A stretch of 62,928 nucleotides of DNA, filler included, from Octopus bimaculoides (lineage: Eukaryota), in the NCBI RefSeq assembly GCF_001194135.2. It is 5 parts of 4 records of this genome, joined end to end, with 100 filler letters (N's around TTAATTAATTAA, not from the genome) between each part and the next. Parts side by side here need not be neighbours in the genome. Positions count along the whole stretch, not along the records: positions 1 to 3,729 come from NC_069009.1; positions 3,830 to 20,459 come from NC_068981.1; 3 more parts are not named here. One strand, 5' to 3'. The notes beneath the pieces were generated by a model that was not told where the DNA came from, did not search any database, and worked only from the letters and a program-made list of their open reading frames with translations. A program made the position numbers and the translations under genes. Below are positions 1 to 13,084 of this stretch, piece after piece; within the stretch, counting starts at the first letter, position 1; each line of letters starts with the position of its first letter.

Positions 1-392
1 CTGACGAACCTAACGGCAAATTCCCTCAACTTATGCGGCCACAGCATCCGTCAAGAGCACTAGCCCCGAAACAAAAGAGCCCCACACTGATCATGACTCC
101 GCTCACATGATCGCTCTCGTTCGTCTCCTTCCAGCAAGGCTCATGTATTGCGTCACACCTGGGCCTCACATTATCTTAAAACGGCAAACTGGTTCCATTC
201 AAAACGAGAGACGGGACAGCGATTCAGTATTTGTATATTGTATCGATGTATACACGCATATATACCTACATGTTTATATGCATGTATGATGTATGTATAT
301 AAGTATGTATATATGTACGTATATGTGCGTTCTAGTGTGTGTGTGTATGTGTGTGTGTTCTGTTTTTATATATTCCGTATTTTTGTTTCCAG

Positions 393-485
393 GAGAACGT
401 GTCGAGTGGGATGTTATAAAACCAAGTCCTACAAACATTCTCGAAGAACCTGGTGCTGGTTTTTAAGAAGATGTACAAAATACAG
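393..485 (+). CDS. Internal coding exon, first half of an EMI-like (EMILIN/MEGF10/Draper-type) cysteine-rich domain
   Basis: Acceptor ttttgtttccAG (391-392) and donor AG|GTAAAT (486); 93 nt, phase 2 to phase 2, open: RTCRVGCYKTKSYKHSRRTWCWFLRRCTKY. Joins in frame to exon 2114-2190 (AG+T = Ser). Confidence 0.8.
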
Positions 486-2113
486 GTAAATACGAAGCCA
501 CACTTTATAGTTTTTATATCTTTCTATACAGAATAAACTTTCGATATAACGGTATCCATAATAACAAAATGTCTAAGATAACGGCATTTTTGTCTCTTTC
601 CACCATTTTGGAATTTATATATATATATATATATATNNNNNNNNNNNNNNNNNNNNNNNNNNNNNNNNNNNNNNNNNNNNNNNNNNNNNNNNNNNNNNNN
701 NNNNNNNNNNNNNNNNNNNNNNNNNNNNNNNNNNNNNNNNNNNNNNNNNNNNNNNNNNNNNNNNNNNNNNNNNNNNNNNNNNNNNNNNNNNNNNNNNNNN
801 NNNNNNNNNNNNNNNNNNNNNNNNNNNNNNNNNNNNNNNNNNNNNNNNNNNNNNNNNNTATATATATATATATATTTCTTCTTTTTAGTCTTTTTAGTCC
901 ATATAAGGTCACGAATTAAATATAGGTTTGTGACATTTCTTAAGGGGGTGGACTGGAAGAATCATTAGCATGACAGGCTAACGATATATATATAAATCCA
1001 AGAAAGTCAGAGGTTGTGAATCCAACCCACAAAGGGATAATACCTATCCAATATACTGCTGGTAGAATACCCAATTATTATTACACAAGTGTTTTTTTTA
1101 TTATTACATGACAAATACATTACGAAGTGTAAGAAATGGGTGCGGGTAAAAAGTTATTTTACGATTAATTTATCGAGCAATAAGAAAATGGAGGGGATTA
1201 ATAGGTGGTATTCATCAACTTATAGACATTATATTATGTGAATTTATTTACTAAAAGGACAATTATAACAATATACGTATATGACATATTATGTCCTACC
1301 TATATAATATATAAAATGCAAAATATAAAATATCAGTGATTTTAAAAATATAACATATAGTAATAGAAATTGGGATAATATCTTACAGCTGTTTCAGCCA
1401 AAAGGCAAATACCTCGTTCTACCTTTATCACTCCTGTAGACTGAAGTAATAAGTAGATGAAACTGGTTGTTTCTCTAGGCTTTGTCAGAGATTTTATAAA
1501 GTACACAAGGTTAAAATATAAATATAAATACATATGTATACATACTTTTACATATACATACATATACATAAATATACAAAAATACATATGCGTACACTTA
1601 AATGTACATACAAAAATGCTTGTATATGCATACACATGTATCAATTACCCATTTGCAGCCGAATGGACTGGGCCAACTTCAAATGAAGTGTTTTATTGAA
1701 GATCACAAGGCGCAGCCTGTCTGCGTATTAAAACACTAAGAAAATTTGACAAGACTTGAGTTTTTCAACCAACTTTGTATTCATCAAGATTACGTCATCA
1801 TGTTGTTACCTTAATTGCTATGAGACAAGAATGTATGTGTGTCTGTATGCGTCAGTATGTGTCTATGAATGTATGTGTGCTTGCATGTGTATGTGTGTGC
1901 GCGTGATTCTGTATGTGTGTGTCTGTGCTTGCATGTGTGTGGGTATGTGTCTATATATGTGACTCTATGTATGTATCTCTCTCTATATATATGTGTATAT
2001 GTAAGTGTGAGTGCTTGCGTGTGTGTATGTGTGTTTGTGTGTCATTGCCTGAAACTATTATCATGGTGTTCTGTTTATATATTCTGCTATTCCATTATTC
2101 TTTCTCTAAACAG

Positions 2114-2190
2114 TTTGAGATACATGAAATATAAGACAACCTGTACCAGATGTTGTAAAGGATGGACTGGCGTTCCCGGAAGGTGCAGAG
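2114..2190 (+). CDS. Internal coding exon, second half of EMI-like domain
   Basis: Acceptor tttctctaaacAG (2112-2113), consensus donor AG|GTAAGC (2191); phase 2 to phase 1; encodes LRYMKYKTTCTRCCKGWTGVPGRCR, containing the EMI C-terminal hallmark CCxGW...C. Confidence 0.85.
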
Positions 2191-3675
2191 GTAAGCAACA
2201 TAAGTTCAATACTGACCTGATGTTACATGCAGATAAGGGCTAGCGTTTACTTAATATTTTATATCCTAACAAATGAACAATAGCGTCGTTAATTCTTTAT
2301 TTCTATTTTATATCACATATATGAACAATAGAGTCGTTTACGTCATGTTTCCGACATAGTTAGTCGGTATCTGTCCATTCTGGTGGTGTATAAATCCCAT
2401 AACTATTTCTACCTCTTTGCGTTCGATATTAACCCGTAATTATTTCTAACTGTTTGATTTGGATGATAATTTCCCATCCAATTCCCGAGAAATCTTCCTT
2501 TTGTTTCTTTTTCACTTCTCAACTGAATCGACCCCCACTTGAACAAAACTTTGTCTTTCATCAAATATCCGTTCCTAGCGTAAAACTCACAATTTTAAAA
2601 CAGAAGTATGCCAAAATGGAAGTGAAATCCTCTCCCCTACAACTGACAATAGAATGTCTCATTACGTGTGCTTTAAGGAGGAATCTAACTTCGTTAGTGC
2701 CATACTTTCTGGTTTGTATGTCACAGTCGATATCACTTCAAATACCGCTCAATGCTTTTCTATTTTCGGTGTTGTAGCTCTTACCTTTCATCGGTTTCAA
2801 TCCGACAAGCACCGGCATACTGCTTTACTCTTGGCTGTTTTTCTTTTCAAATTATTTTATGGTACCTGCAAAACTGTTTAGTTTCAAAAGCGACGAGTTG
2901 TAATAACTTTCAGACGCCAGACACAACGTTCCTACTTCTTCGACCTTAAATATAATATAAAATATTCAAAGAAATTGCCTGTAATTTCCGTTTCTTAAGT
3001 TTATTGGATATTTGAACTTCAAGTTTTTCATAAATTTAAATATTCGTTGCATTCACTGCGGAGTAGATTTAATAAACAATATTAATTCGTTGCAGGCGAA
3101 ATTTTCCGATTTCATTTGCGACAATCTCTCACTCTTTATCTTCTTTATTTTCGTTAATAATAATTTAATATATATTCATTTCAATGTTTTCATTTCAGTT
3201 TTTAATTTGCTATTGCAAAACCCACAGTTTATTCTTCATACGTAATGTAAAAATAATATATATTGAATGAACGAATGGTATTAGACAAAATAGCTGTATA
3301 ACTTTCAGGCTTAGTTTTCATAAAATGAATTTTTTTAATATACTGGTATAATTTGTTTTTAATTAAAAGTTGATTTTGTTGGTATATCTGTCTGGAATGC
3401 TATAAGCCTTACAATAATAACTATGTGATCGTTGCTATTTCTAGCACGTTAGACGTATAAATTACTGACAGAAATATTTACTCAGCAAGTGAAATATTTT
3501 TATAAATTGAAGTTTTCAGGAAAATTTACTTTCTGACCTCTCTTTTATTATTGAATATTTCAGGTTCACAAAATTGAATATTCGGTACAAGATAGTTTTA
3601 AGCGAATTTTTATTCATGCGATCTTTTCATTTCATCTTTATTTCATTCATTGTTTGCAAAGATCTCCCTCTTCGC

Positions 3676-3729
<54 letters not shown>

Positions 3730-3829
3730 NNNNNNNNNNNNNNNNNNNNNNNNNNNNNNNNNNNNNNNNNNNNTTAATTAATTAANNNNNNNNNNNNNNN
3801 NNNNNNNNNNNNNNNNNNNNNNNNNNNNN
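3730..3829. other. Synthetic scaffold-join marker 44N-TTAATTAATTAA-44N (also 20460-20559, 50609-50708, 60666-60765)
   Basis: Identical palindromic six-frame-stop 12-mer centred in exactly 100 bp at four sites. Confidence 0.95.
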
Positions 3830-4212
3830 AGAGGGCAGTCCTTTTTCAGATGTGCCTCGCTGTTGCATAGGTAACAGCGAGGTCACCTGCCCTCTACCAC
3901 CACATACAGCTTGTGGTCCTCTGCCAGTCTAATGTTTGGAGGAATTTTCTGTGAAGCCTCCTCCGTGATGTGGAGGAGGATTTCCAGATTTTTCCCTCCC
4001 CAGTTCTTTTCCTCTACGACCGTAATTTCCAAAATATTTGCCTCCTCCATTTCGAGGCATACGGCCGATACTACCCATTGGGTGTCCACTTCTGATGGCA
4101 CATTTTTTATAATTACTTTGGTCACTCTCTGTCCAAGATAACTCGGTATCATCACCAGCGTATGATTGAAGTAAGTACTCTTAAGTTTCCTCCCTAAATA
4201 CGATGAATACAT
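3830..4212 (-). mobile_element. Non-LTR retrotransposon ORF1 (gag-like) fragment with CCHC zinc knuckle, inactivated
   Basis: ORF ...PSYLGQRVTKVIIKNVPSEV...KLYVVVEGR then TGA (3883-3885), continuing in frame PRCYLCNSEAHLKKDCP, a CX2CX4HX4C knuckle (3835-3876); cut by a scaffold join. Confidence 0.75.
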
Positions 4213-7200
4213 ACATATGAATATAATTGAATACGTTGACGTTTCTAATACTGAAGTGAAGAATAGATTCTCTTTCTAAGATAACCGTTTATTCCATTAC
4301 CTTTGAAATCTACGGACAGTAAATCTCCACAGATTTTGCTGGCATCTGAAAATGGCGAAGCTTATATCTTCACACACCCTGATCTCGTGTATTTTATTGA
4401 AGACGACAGACAGAATAAACACACTGGCATTTCATTGTTTTAATGAGCTTATTTAGAAAGAATTTCTAAATAGGTGAATTAAGTCATAGGTTGTTTATCA
4501 CTTGTCGGAAACTCATACATCGTGAGTTTTAGAAAAACAGTTTGTCTGCAATTTATTATACTCGATCAACAGGAAAAAAAAACAAAAACAATACTATCTC
4601 TTGATTAATATTTTACTTCACTTAGTATATTGGTTTCAAATGTTGACAAAAGGCCAATGTTCATCTGGTGCTTCTTTTAACGAAACGGTGGAATTTGAAC
4701 TCAGAATATAAAAACAGTCGGAATGCCGTTATGTATTTTGCAGACTAACGATTCTGTCAGCTAGTCGCCTTTATACGCAACACTTTTACGTGAAAAAGCT
4801 GTTTAAAACATATGATTAGGTAGTAGCTATAGTACGACTAAATGTTTAAGTTGGTTTCACAAACATGAACTCGAGTGTTCATAATTATCATTGTCAATAA
4901 CCACCGGTCAAGCGTATCTTGTTAGAAAAATGAAGTTGTTGGAACTGTGTAGAAAGCCGTCGGGTGGATTACAAGTGTCATTTAAAATGTACCATTTTGT
5001 TATGCACTGTGTCCCTCTGATCCTGCCTTAGAAATATACATGCCAATGGAATACTCAGCTATTTACACATTAATTCACTTAAATAAATAACTGAAACCTT
5101 ATTGTCGAGCGATGAGACCCATCGCGCTTTGATAGCTCTGGGTCAGTAATGTTCTAGATGATATGTAAAACTATAACATCACCTTGGTAGAAACCGAATA
5201 TATCTTTAAATTTATTTACAACTGTTAATGATATTCCTTAAGGCGTGGTTGCGTGGTATAGCTATAACTTTAGTGTCCATCAGAGCCACAAGAGTGAAAT
5301 TTGATAGACAGAAATTTTCGGATGCTTATTAGAAAAGTAGTTTCGTTATACGGCGGTAAATTTTATTCGCTGCATGGATTGCCTCTTGTGGAATCCACTC
5401 TCTTATAAATAGTCCATCTCCGAATAGAGCTTTCTTCCTTCCTATCTACCTGTGACGGAAGTCATAAAAATGTTCATAAGCACTGCCCTCTTCCTGTGAC
5501 TAAGCCATTAAAAATAAATAAGAGAGAGAAGAGGAAGGAAAAAACGGCTTAAACGACAATCAACCTACATCAGCTCGATATAAACTCAACAACAATGAAC
5601 ATCATTCATACCGTACAAATACAGACTATTAGTAAAACCTGGGGGCGAAGAGAGTAATCAATGTGTATTAGAATATTCAATCATCGATTGATACTCAAAT
5701 CACATCTCTTCCAGCTTAAGACATACTATGATACATTTGTATTAAAGCTTAACTTTTAGATTGAAATAAGCAAGGCTTCTACTAAAACCCTTTCTTTATT
5801 CTTCTCTTACAAGAGAAATCGATTAAGCCCCTTACTTATATTGTTCATGTGAGAATATTGGTTTGGTCATAACACAGACAATTAATCAATATTAATCAAT
5901 AACGATAGGTGCGACAAATATACGCCGATGTAAATTTCTGTCTCTTATAAATATATATATATATATATATATANNNNNNNNNNNNNNNNNNNNNNNNNNN
6001 NNNNNNNNNNNNNNNNNNNNNNNNNNNNNNNNNNNNNNNNNNNNNNNNNNNNNNNNNNNNNNNNNNNNNNNNNNNNNNNNNNNNNNNNNNNNNNNNNNNN
6101 NNNNNNNNNNNNNNNNNNNNNNNNNNNNNNNNNNNNNNNNNNNNNNNNNNNNNNNNNNNNNNNNNNNNNNNNNNNNNNNNNNNNNNNNNNNNNNNNNNNN
6201 NNNNNNNNNNNNNNNNNNNNNNNNNNNNNNNNNNNNNNNNNNNNNNNNNNNNNNNNNNNNNNNNNNNNNNNNNNNNNNNNNNNNNNNNNNNNNNNNNNNN
6301 NNNNNNNNNNNNNNNNNNNNNNNNNNNNNNNNNNNNNNNNNNNNNNNNNNNNNNNNNNNNNNNNNNNNNNNNNNNNNNNNNNNNNNNNNNNNNNNNNNNN
6401 NNNNNNNNNNNNNNNNNNNNNNNNNNNNNNNNNNNNNNNNNNNNNNNNNNNNNNNNNNNNNNNNNNNNNNNNNNNNNNNNNNNNNNNNNNNNNNNNNNNN
6501 NNNNNNNNNNNNNNNNNNNNNNNNNNNNNNNNNNNNNNNNNNNNNNNNNNNNNNNNNNNNNNNNNNNNNNNNNNNNNNNNNNNNNNNNNNNNNNNNNNNN
6601 NNNNNNNNNNNNNNNNNNNNNNNNNNNNNNNNNNNNNNNNNNNNNNNNNNNNNNNNNNNNNNNNNNNNNNNNNNNNNNNNNNNNNNNNNNNNNNNNNNNN
6701 NNNNNNNNNNNNNNNNNNNNNNNNNNNNNNNNNNNNNNNNNNNNNNNNNNNNNNNNNNNNNNNNNNNNNNNNATATATATATATATATATATATACATAC
6801 ATACATATATGCAAATGTGTGTTTGTGTGTCTGCATGTGTGTATGTATACATGTATGTGTGTACGTATGTATGCATATGCATAAATAAATTATAAATTAA
6901 CAGACAAGAGTTTTAACATAAACATTGTAAATCATGATATATGTATGAATAATAATGCGATTTTCAAAACAATGGCTCACGGGACATGAATAATGTTTTT
7001 TTTTCCTTTTTTTTTTTTTTTTTTTTTTTNNNNNNNNNNTTTTTTTTTTTTTTGTTTTTTTCTTGATAGTTGTGATTGATTAAATAATGCCGAATTTATA
7101 CCTCACTCCTTCTCAAATTTATTGCCTAATTGTAATATATTTTAAGTAACAAAATTCAAATGTCGCAAACTGGCTTGCTGTACTGTCAATTAGTTAGCAC

Positions 7201-7427
7201 TTAACTTTAAGAACTGAGATTGGTTCTTCTAATAGCTACCAGGACAAAATATCAATCATCCATACAAATGCTCAATGATTTGTATGTTTTGATGAAACAT
7301 ATGTACAGCATTTTTGTAAAACGTGAAGTTCATCATATTTTTACTGGTTTTGTTGATTTGTTACTTTGGTCTTTGCCCTTACATTGTTACTTTCTTTTTT
7401 GTGAGTGCTTGTATAAATACATACATA

Positions 7428-7461
<34 letters not shown>

Positions 7462-8749
7462 CCTATATATNNNNNNNNNNNNNNNNNNNNNNNNNNNNNN
7501 NNNNNNNNNNNNNNNNNNNNNNNNNNNNNNNNNNNNNNNNNNNNNNNNNNNNNNNNNNNNNNNNNNNNNNNNNNNNNNNNNNNNNNNNNNNNNNNNNNNN
7601 NNNNNNNNNNNNNNNNNNNNNNNNNNNNNNNNNNNNNNNNNNNNNNNNNNNNNNNNNNNNNNNNNNNNNNNNNNNNNNNNNNNNNNNNNNNNNNNNNNNN
7701 NNNNNNNNNNNNNNNNNNNNNNNNNNNNNNNNNNNNNNNNNNNNNNNNNNNNNNNNNNNNNNNNNNNNNNNNNNNNNNNNNNNNNNNNNNNNNNNNNNNN
7801 NNNNNNNNNNNNNNNNNNNNNNNNNNNNNNNNNNNNNNNNNNNNNNNNNNNNNNNNNNNNNNNNNNNNNNNNNNATATATATATATATATATATATATAT
7901 ACCAGCAATATGAAGGATTCTAGAGAGAATCGTGTATCTAAAGGGTGTGCACCATGTTGGAGTGATTGAACCTATACGCATCACCTTTAGTCGGGTCAAT
8001 ATACGGGGTACTGAAGTAATCCAGTGAGATATTTAGGCCGTTTTCTTTTACTTATAATAATAACAATTTGGTTTCAGGAACACACTTCTTTCTCACACAA
8101 GCATATTTGTATATCACCTATTTTGTATTCGCACTTATATTTAACCTCCAACCTTATATACATTTACAGAGAAAAGACATTTGCACAAGATACTACCATT
8201 CTACAAATATTAGTCCTAATCACGTAAGTTCAAATGATACACCTCCATAATCACCATCTCCTGGTTTGTCCTAGATTCTGAAAGATATCTCTCCACGCCT
8301 CTGTTGCAGTCTTTATATCTTTAAGAAGTCTATGTTGCCCACATATCTGTACTTAATTGCCTCTATTTCTTTTGTCTCAAATTTACTTTTACCAACTCGT
8401 CCCTCTAACCCGAAGGTGATAGAACGAATAATAGTAAAACGCATAAAAATACGTATACTATTACCTATACTTCATGACTGGCCACAAGATAGATTAGGGG
8501 CCATAATCTCATCTCACCGTCAACCTCTAACTAAATTCCTAATACACTTTCCCTTCTTTAATGTTTCAGCTTTTTTTTTTTTCCACTTAAAGTCAGCTTC
8601 GGCTGGTAAATGCGTGCATGGGTTGTATTGTTATGAAATTATATGGGTCATCTGATGAATGCGGGTTTTTATTGCGATTTTCTGCACTCACCCACCAAAT
8701 AAATAAGTGCCTAAGAAACAGCTGTAATGAAATGACATCTATCCATCAT

Positions 8750-9887
8750 CTTGGGAGAGGCATTATGCCGGTAATAAACCTATATCTTCAAAGTATGTTA
8801 TCCATAAGAATTCGGCTCTATCACACAGTGTGAAAATCAATATATTAGTAGCCGATTTGGTTAGAATAATGAAAAACATATCCCCCCTGTGCGGTCCATG
8901 GGAGGGGCAAAAACATATTCAAGACTTCATGCATCGCATGCAATTTTCGGGATACAGCCAGAAAGATAGAATCCGGGTATACAGAGGAGCTAACAAGAAA
9001 TTTGAGGAGATTGTTGTCAAAGATACAAATGGAACACAACCTAGATACCGTAACAAACAGTGGAATAGACTACAAAGGATTAGTGACAAAACAAACAAAA
9101 AGACCACGTGGTACAATACCGACAAGTTCNNNNNNNNNNNNNNNNNNNNNNNNNNNNNNNNNNNNNNNNNNNNNNNNNNNNNNNNNNNNNNNNNNNNNNN
9201 NNNNNNNNNNNNNNNNNNNNNNNNNNNNNNNNNNNNNNNNNNNNNNNNNNNNNNNNNNNNNNNNNNNNNNNNNNNNNNNNNNNNNNNNNNNNNNNNNNNN
9301 NNNNNNNNNNNNNNNNNNNNNNNNNNNNNNNNNNNNNNNNNNNNNNNNNNNNNNNNNNNNNNNNNNNNNNNNNNNNNNNNNNNNNNNNNNNNNNNNNNNN
9401 NNNNNNNNNNNNNNNNNNNNNNNNNNNNNNNNNNNNNNNNNNNNNNNNNNNNNNNNNNNNNNNNNNNNNNNNNNNNNNNNNNNNNNNNNNNNNNNNNNNN
9501 NNNNNNNNNNNNNNNNNNNNNNNNNNNNNNNNNNNNNNNNNNNNNNNNNNNNNNNNNNNNNNNNNNNNNNNNNNNNNNNNNNNNNNNNNNNNNNNNNNNN
9601 NCATATGGACGCACATACTTACATATAAGCACGAACACATAAGTGCGTGCACACATATGAGCGTGCACACATACGAGCTTGCACACACTCACATGCTCAT
9701 ACCAAACAATTTCGAAACAACGCCAAAACAACGCCAGATCATATATTCAAAATAAATGGAAGTGGAGAGACAAGTTACTGAAGAGATTGCAAGAGTGCAA
9801 TGAAATAATTTAACAAAAAAAAAATATAAATTAATAAAGGACTGAACCAGTGCGTGTGTTTATTACCGGCATAATGCCTCTCCCAAG
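8750..9887 (+). mobile_element. 5'-truncated Penelope-like element (RT C-terminal region) bounded by a perfect 30-bp inverted repeat
   Basis: From 8776: KPISSKYVIHKNSALSHSVKINILVADLVRIMKNIS...FMHRMQFSGYS...PRYRNKQWNR...KKTTWY matches the PLE RT thumb/linker pattern; IR 8750-8779 / 9858-9887; centre lost in N gap 9130-9601. Confidence 0.7.
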
Positions 9888-10151
9888 GTTTAATTGTATT
9901 TCTTTCAACACACGTATCCACATCAAGAATCTTGCACACGAAATACACATACGAAATATCCATCATCTGTTATTTTTTTTCTTTTCTAGGTATGGGTGTG
10001 TACGCTTGTGTGCGCGTCTGCGTATGTATGCGTGTGTGTGTGTGTGTATGTGTGTATGTGTGAGCGTGTGTGTTGTATGCGTGTTTGTTTTGTGCGTGAG
10101 AGAGAGAGAGAGAGAGAGTGAGAGACTGTATGTGTGTGTGTGTGTGTGTGT

Positions 10152-10390
10152 GAGGAGTCATGGACTAGTGGTTAGAGTGTTGCACTCACGATAGCGAGAT
10201 TGTGGTTTCATTTCCTAAACCAGGAAGTGCGCTGTGTTCTTGAGCAAAATACTTCATTGACGTTGCTCCGTGATCATTTCGACAACTGACGCATTGTACA
10301 CATTGCACCTTTTTAGAATTCCTCAATTTGATGGGCGTGAGATAATGTACAGAACGTACATTTGATCACTATAAACAAATCATTAGCGCA
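10152..10390 (+). mobile_element. tRNA-derived SINE (family C), degenerate
   Basis: A-box-like TGGACTAGTGG, B-box-like GGTTTCATTTCC, then tgtgttcttgagcaaaatacttca...gttgctcc shared with the copy at 31245. Confidence 0.6.
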
Positions 10391-10412
10391 GGACATTTGG
10401 GAAAAAATAAAC

Positions 10413-11815
10413 ATAAACACCCTACTAGTATCCTTCGCTGTAGTCAACCTCTATTCTAATATTCCCACAGCCTAGGAAGAAATGCAAATCAGTTCTGGCT
10501 AGAGAATTACGCCAATGAAATTCTACATCGCATCAAAAAAAAAAATTGTAATAGAAGGACTAAAATTAATTTTGGAGAATAACTACCTTGTTTTCAAAGA
10601 CAACTTCTATCGACATAAATCGGGAACTGCGGTGGGTACGAGAATGAACCCCTCCTTTGCTAACATAATCCAGGGGTATCTAGAAACCAATCGTAAGGTA
10701 ATAGAAAAATACGGCAACTCATTATACCTCTACTTAGAAAATAAATGGAAGCGGTACCTGGATGGCTGTTTCATTATTTGGCAGGAAAATATAGAGACTT
10801 AAAGAATTTCAAGCACTTATAAATGTACTTGACGTAAATATTCAATTCACGATAGAATATAGCCATCAACAACTTCCTTTCTTCTACATCCTCATTAAGA
10901 AATCTAACAGCGAAATAGTAACAGATATATACTATGAGCCTACGGACTCCAAGTAATATCTATCGTTCAACTCATGCCACCCTTGACACACTAGAATGAA
11001 TGTCCCTTTCAACCTAGCAAAACAATATTTGTACTTAGTTTCTAATACAAGCACCATCGACACACGACTACATAAGCTAAAGGATACACTCATCACCGGG
11101 AACTACCCACCATTACTAATTGATATATACTTTAAACGTGCCCTACAGCTCAACATCTACGAACTCAGACATCTCAAATTAAACAAGAATTTGCAACCAA
11201 AATCCGTGCAATGCATCTCCACACACAACCCTCTTTACAATGAAGCTTTCGACACCATCCCCCTACTAAAAAAATCCCCTACTAAAAAGGCACCACAGAA
11301 TGAATTTAATCCTCCAAATGCACAGCATCATAAAGAGAAAAAGACAGCCCAAATCTATGAAAAGTCTCCTGGAACAAGCCCAAATACGCTCGACAACACT
11401 GAAGCCGTCACTAAGAAAATGCGTTAGACCTAACTGTGATATATGCGTCAATCTAATTGAGGGATCAGAGTTCTCTTTCAAACCGATTTAACGAATCACA
11501 GTGAAAAGTAACTTCGCATGTGCTTCGGAGGACCTGATATATGCATTAACCTGCTCTGGTTGTCGAGAGCAATACATACGCCAAACCAGAAGTAGTCTAC
11601 GTCAAAAGATGGCTCTGCACAGATCCCAGATCAAAATTCGGAAATAGAGAAATAACCCAGTTTCTGAATAACAAATAATCCAGATTCAGAATGTTCCCCC
11701 TCTATCAATTCAGGGATGATGCAACCTGTAGTCAGCGCATTAATAAAGATTCATTCATATCACAAAATATAAACACCTTTGAATGCATCCGCCACAAATT
11801 AAAAGGGGCTTAGAA
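10413..11815 (+). mobile_element. Penelope-like element remnant with RT and GIY-YIG endonuclease, many stops and frameshifts
   Basis: LLVSFAVVNLYSNIP; GTAVGTRMNPSFANI; WKRYLDGCFIIW; IQFTIEYSHQQLPF; TDIYYEPTDS; CVRPNCDIC zinc motif; CASEDLIYALTCSGCREQYIRQTRSSLRQKMALHR (GIY-YIG). Confidence 0.9.
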
Positions 11816-12702
11816 TCATACCCACGCAAATATTAAAAACGATATATTCAAAACAGTCACTTCACATGAATCTATTCAGAATAATTCCAATCGCACAACG
11901 GATCACTTTTAGGTCACTTGACCATTTAAGAGGATTCCAACAACATCCTGCTAATGACATACCACTCCCTCATTTTCAATCCTCTCCTCCTTCTCCTCCC
12001 TCTCCTTCTCCTCCTTCTCCTTCTCCTCCTCCTCCTCCTCCTCCTCCGTTTTCTTCGCCTCCTTTCTCTTCTACTACGGTTGCTTAAACATCAAAGACGA
12101 GAATTCATATCAAACTACTATCAGATGCTGAAAACTGCCTACAACTCACAAGACTAAAAAGGAAAGACACAGACAAACAGAAAAAAGAAAATGTCCCTTA
12201 CATTTCAAAACTATGGATAAAAATGTCGCAAAGCCTGGAATCGGTAATAAAATGCTGTTCATGATAAAATTATTTTAGCATTTTCTACCTTGTCTTATTT
12301 TCCTTATATATNNNNNNNNNNNNNNNNNNNNNNNNNNNNNNNNNNNNNNNNNNNNNNNNNNNNNNNNNNNNNNNNNNNNNNNNNNNNNNNNNNNNNNNNN
12401 NNNNNNNNNNNNNNNNNNNNNNNNNNNNNNNNNNNNNNNNNNNNNNNNNNNNNNNNNNNNNNNNNNNNNNNNNNNNNNNNNNNNNNNNNNNNNNNNNNNN
12501 NNNNNNNNNNNNNNNNNNNNNNNNNNNNNNNNNNNNNNNNNNNNNNNNNATATATATATATTTATATATATATGCATACATGTATATGTGTCTGTGTATA
12601 TATGTGTGTATGCTTGTACGTATGCAGGTTTGCGTGTCTGTAGAGAGACAGAGAGAGAATGTGGCAGAAGGATAAATATAGAGTAATAGAAAGAGAGGTA
12701 TA

Positions 12703-13084
12703 TACTCTTTTGTTTGTTTCAGTCATTCGACTGCAGCCATGCTGGAGCACCGCCTCTAGTCGAGCAAATCGACCCCAGGACTTATTCTTTGTAAGCCTAT
12801 TACTTATTCTATCGGTCTGTTTTGCCGAACCGCTAAGTTAGGGTGACGTAAACACACCAACATTGGTTGTCAAGCGATGTTGGGGGGGACAAACACAGAC
12901 ATATATATATATACATATATACGACGGGCTTCTTTCAGTTTTCGTCTACCAAATCCACTCACAATGCTTTAGTCGGCCCGAGGCTATAGTAGAAGACACT
13001 TGCCCAAGGTGCCACGCAGTGGAACTGAACCCGGAACCATGTGGTTGGTAAGCAAGCTACTTACCACACAGCCACTCCCGCGCC
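12703..13084 (-). mobile_element. tRNA-derived SINE (family B), near full length
   Basis: Reverse complement aligns along its whole length with 37876-38286 (head TGGCTGTGTGG...GGTTCAGT, internal TG/TA microsatellite, tail aaacaa...aaagagt). Confidence 0.9.

Noticed and set aside
1-30. CTGACGA ACC taac GG CAAA at the window start
   Set aside because: GAAA absent, and upstream context lies outside the window.
135-226. Pyrimidine-rich acceptor and GT suggesting an upstream exon of the EMI gene
   Set aside because: The only frame giving the required phase 2 contains a stop; no signal-peptide character.
1659-1690. tttgcAG followed by EWTGPTSNE, resembling an EGF-end GWTGPTC micro-exon
   Set aside because: Poor donor, no Cys, and its phases are incompatible with the flanking phase-2 intron.
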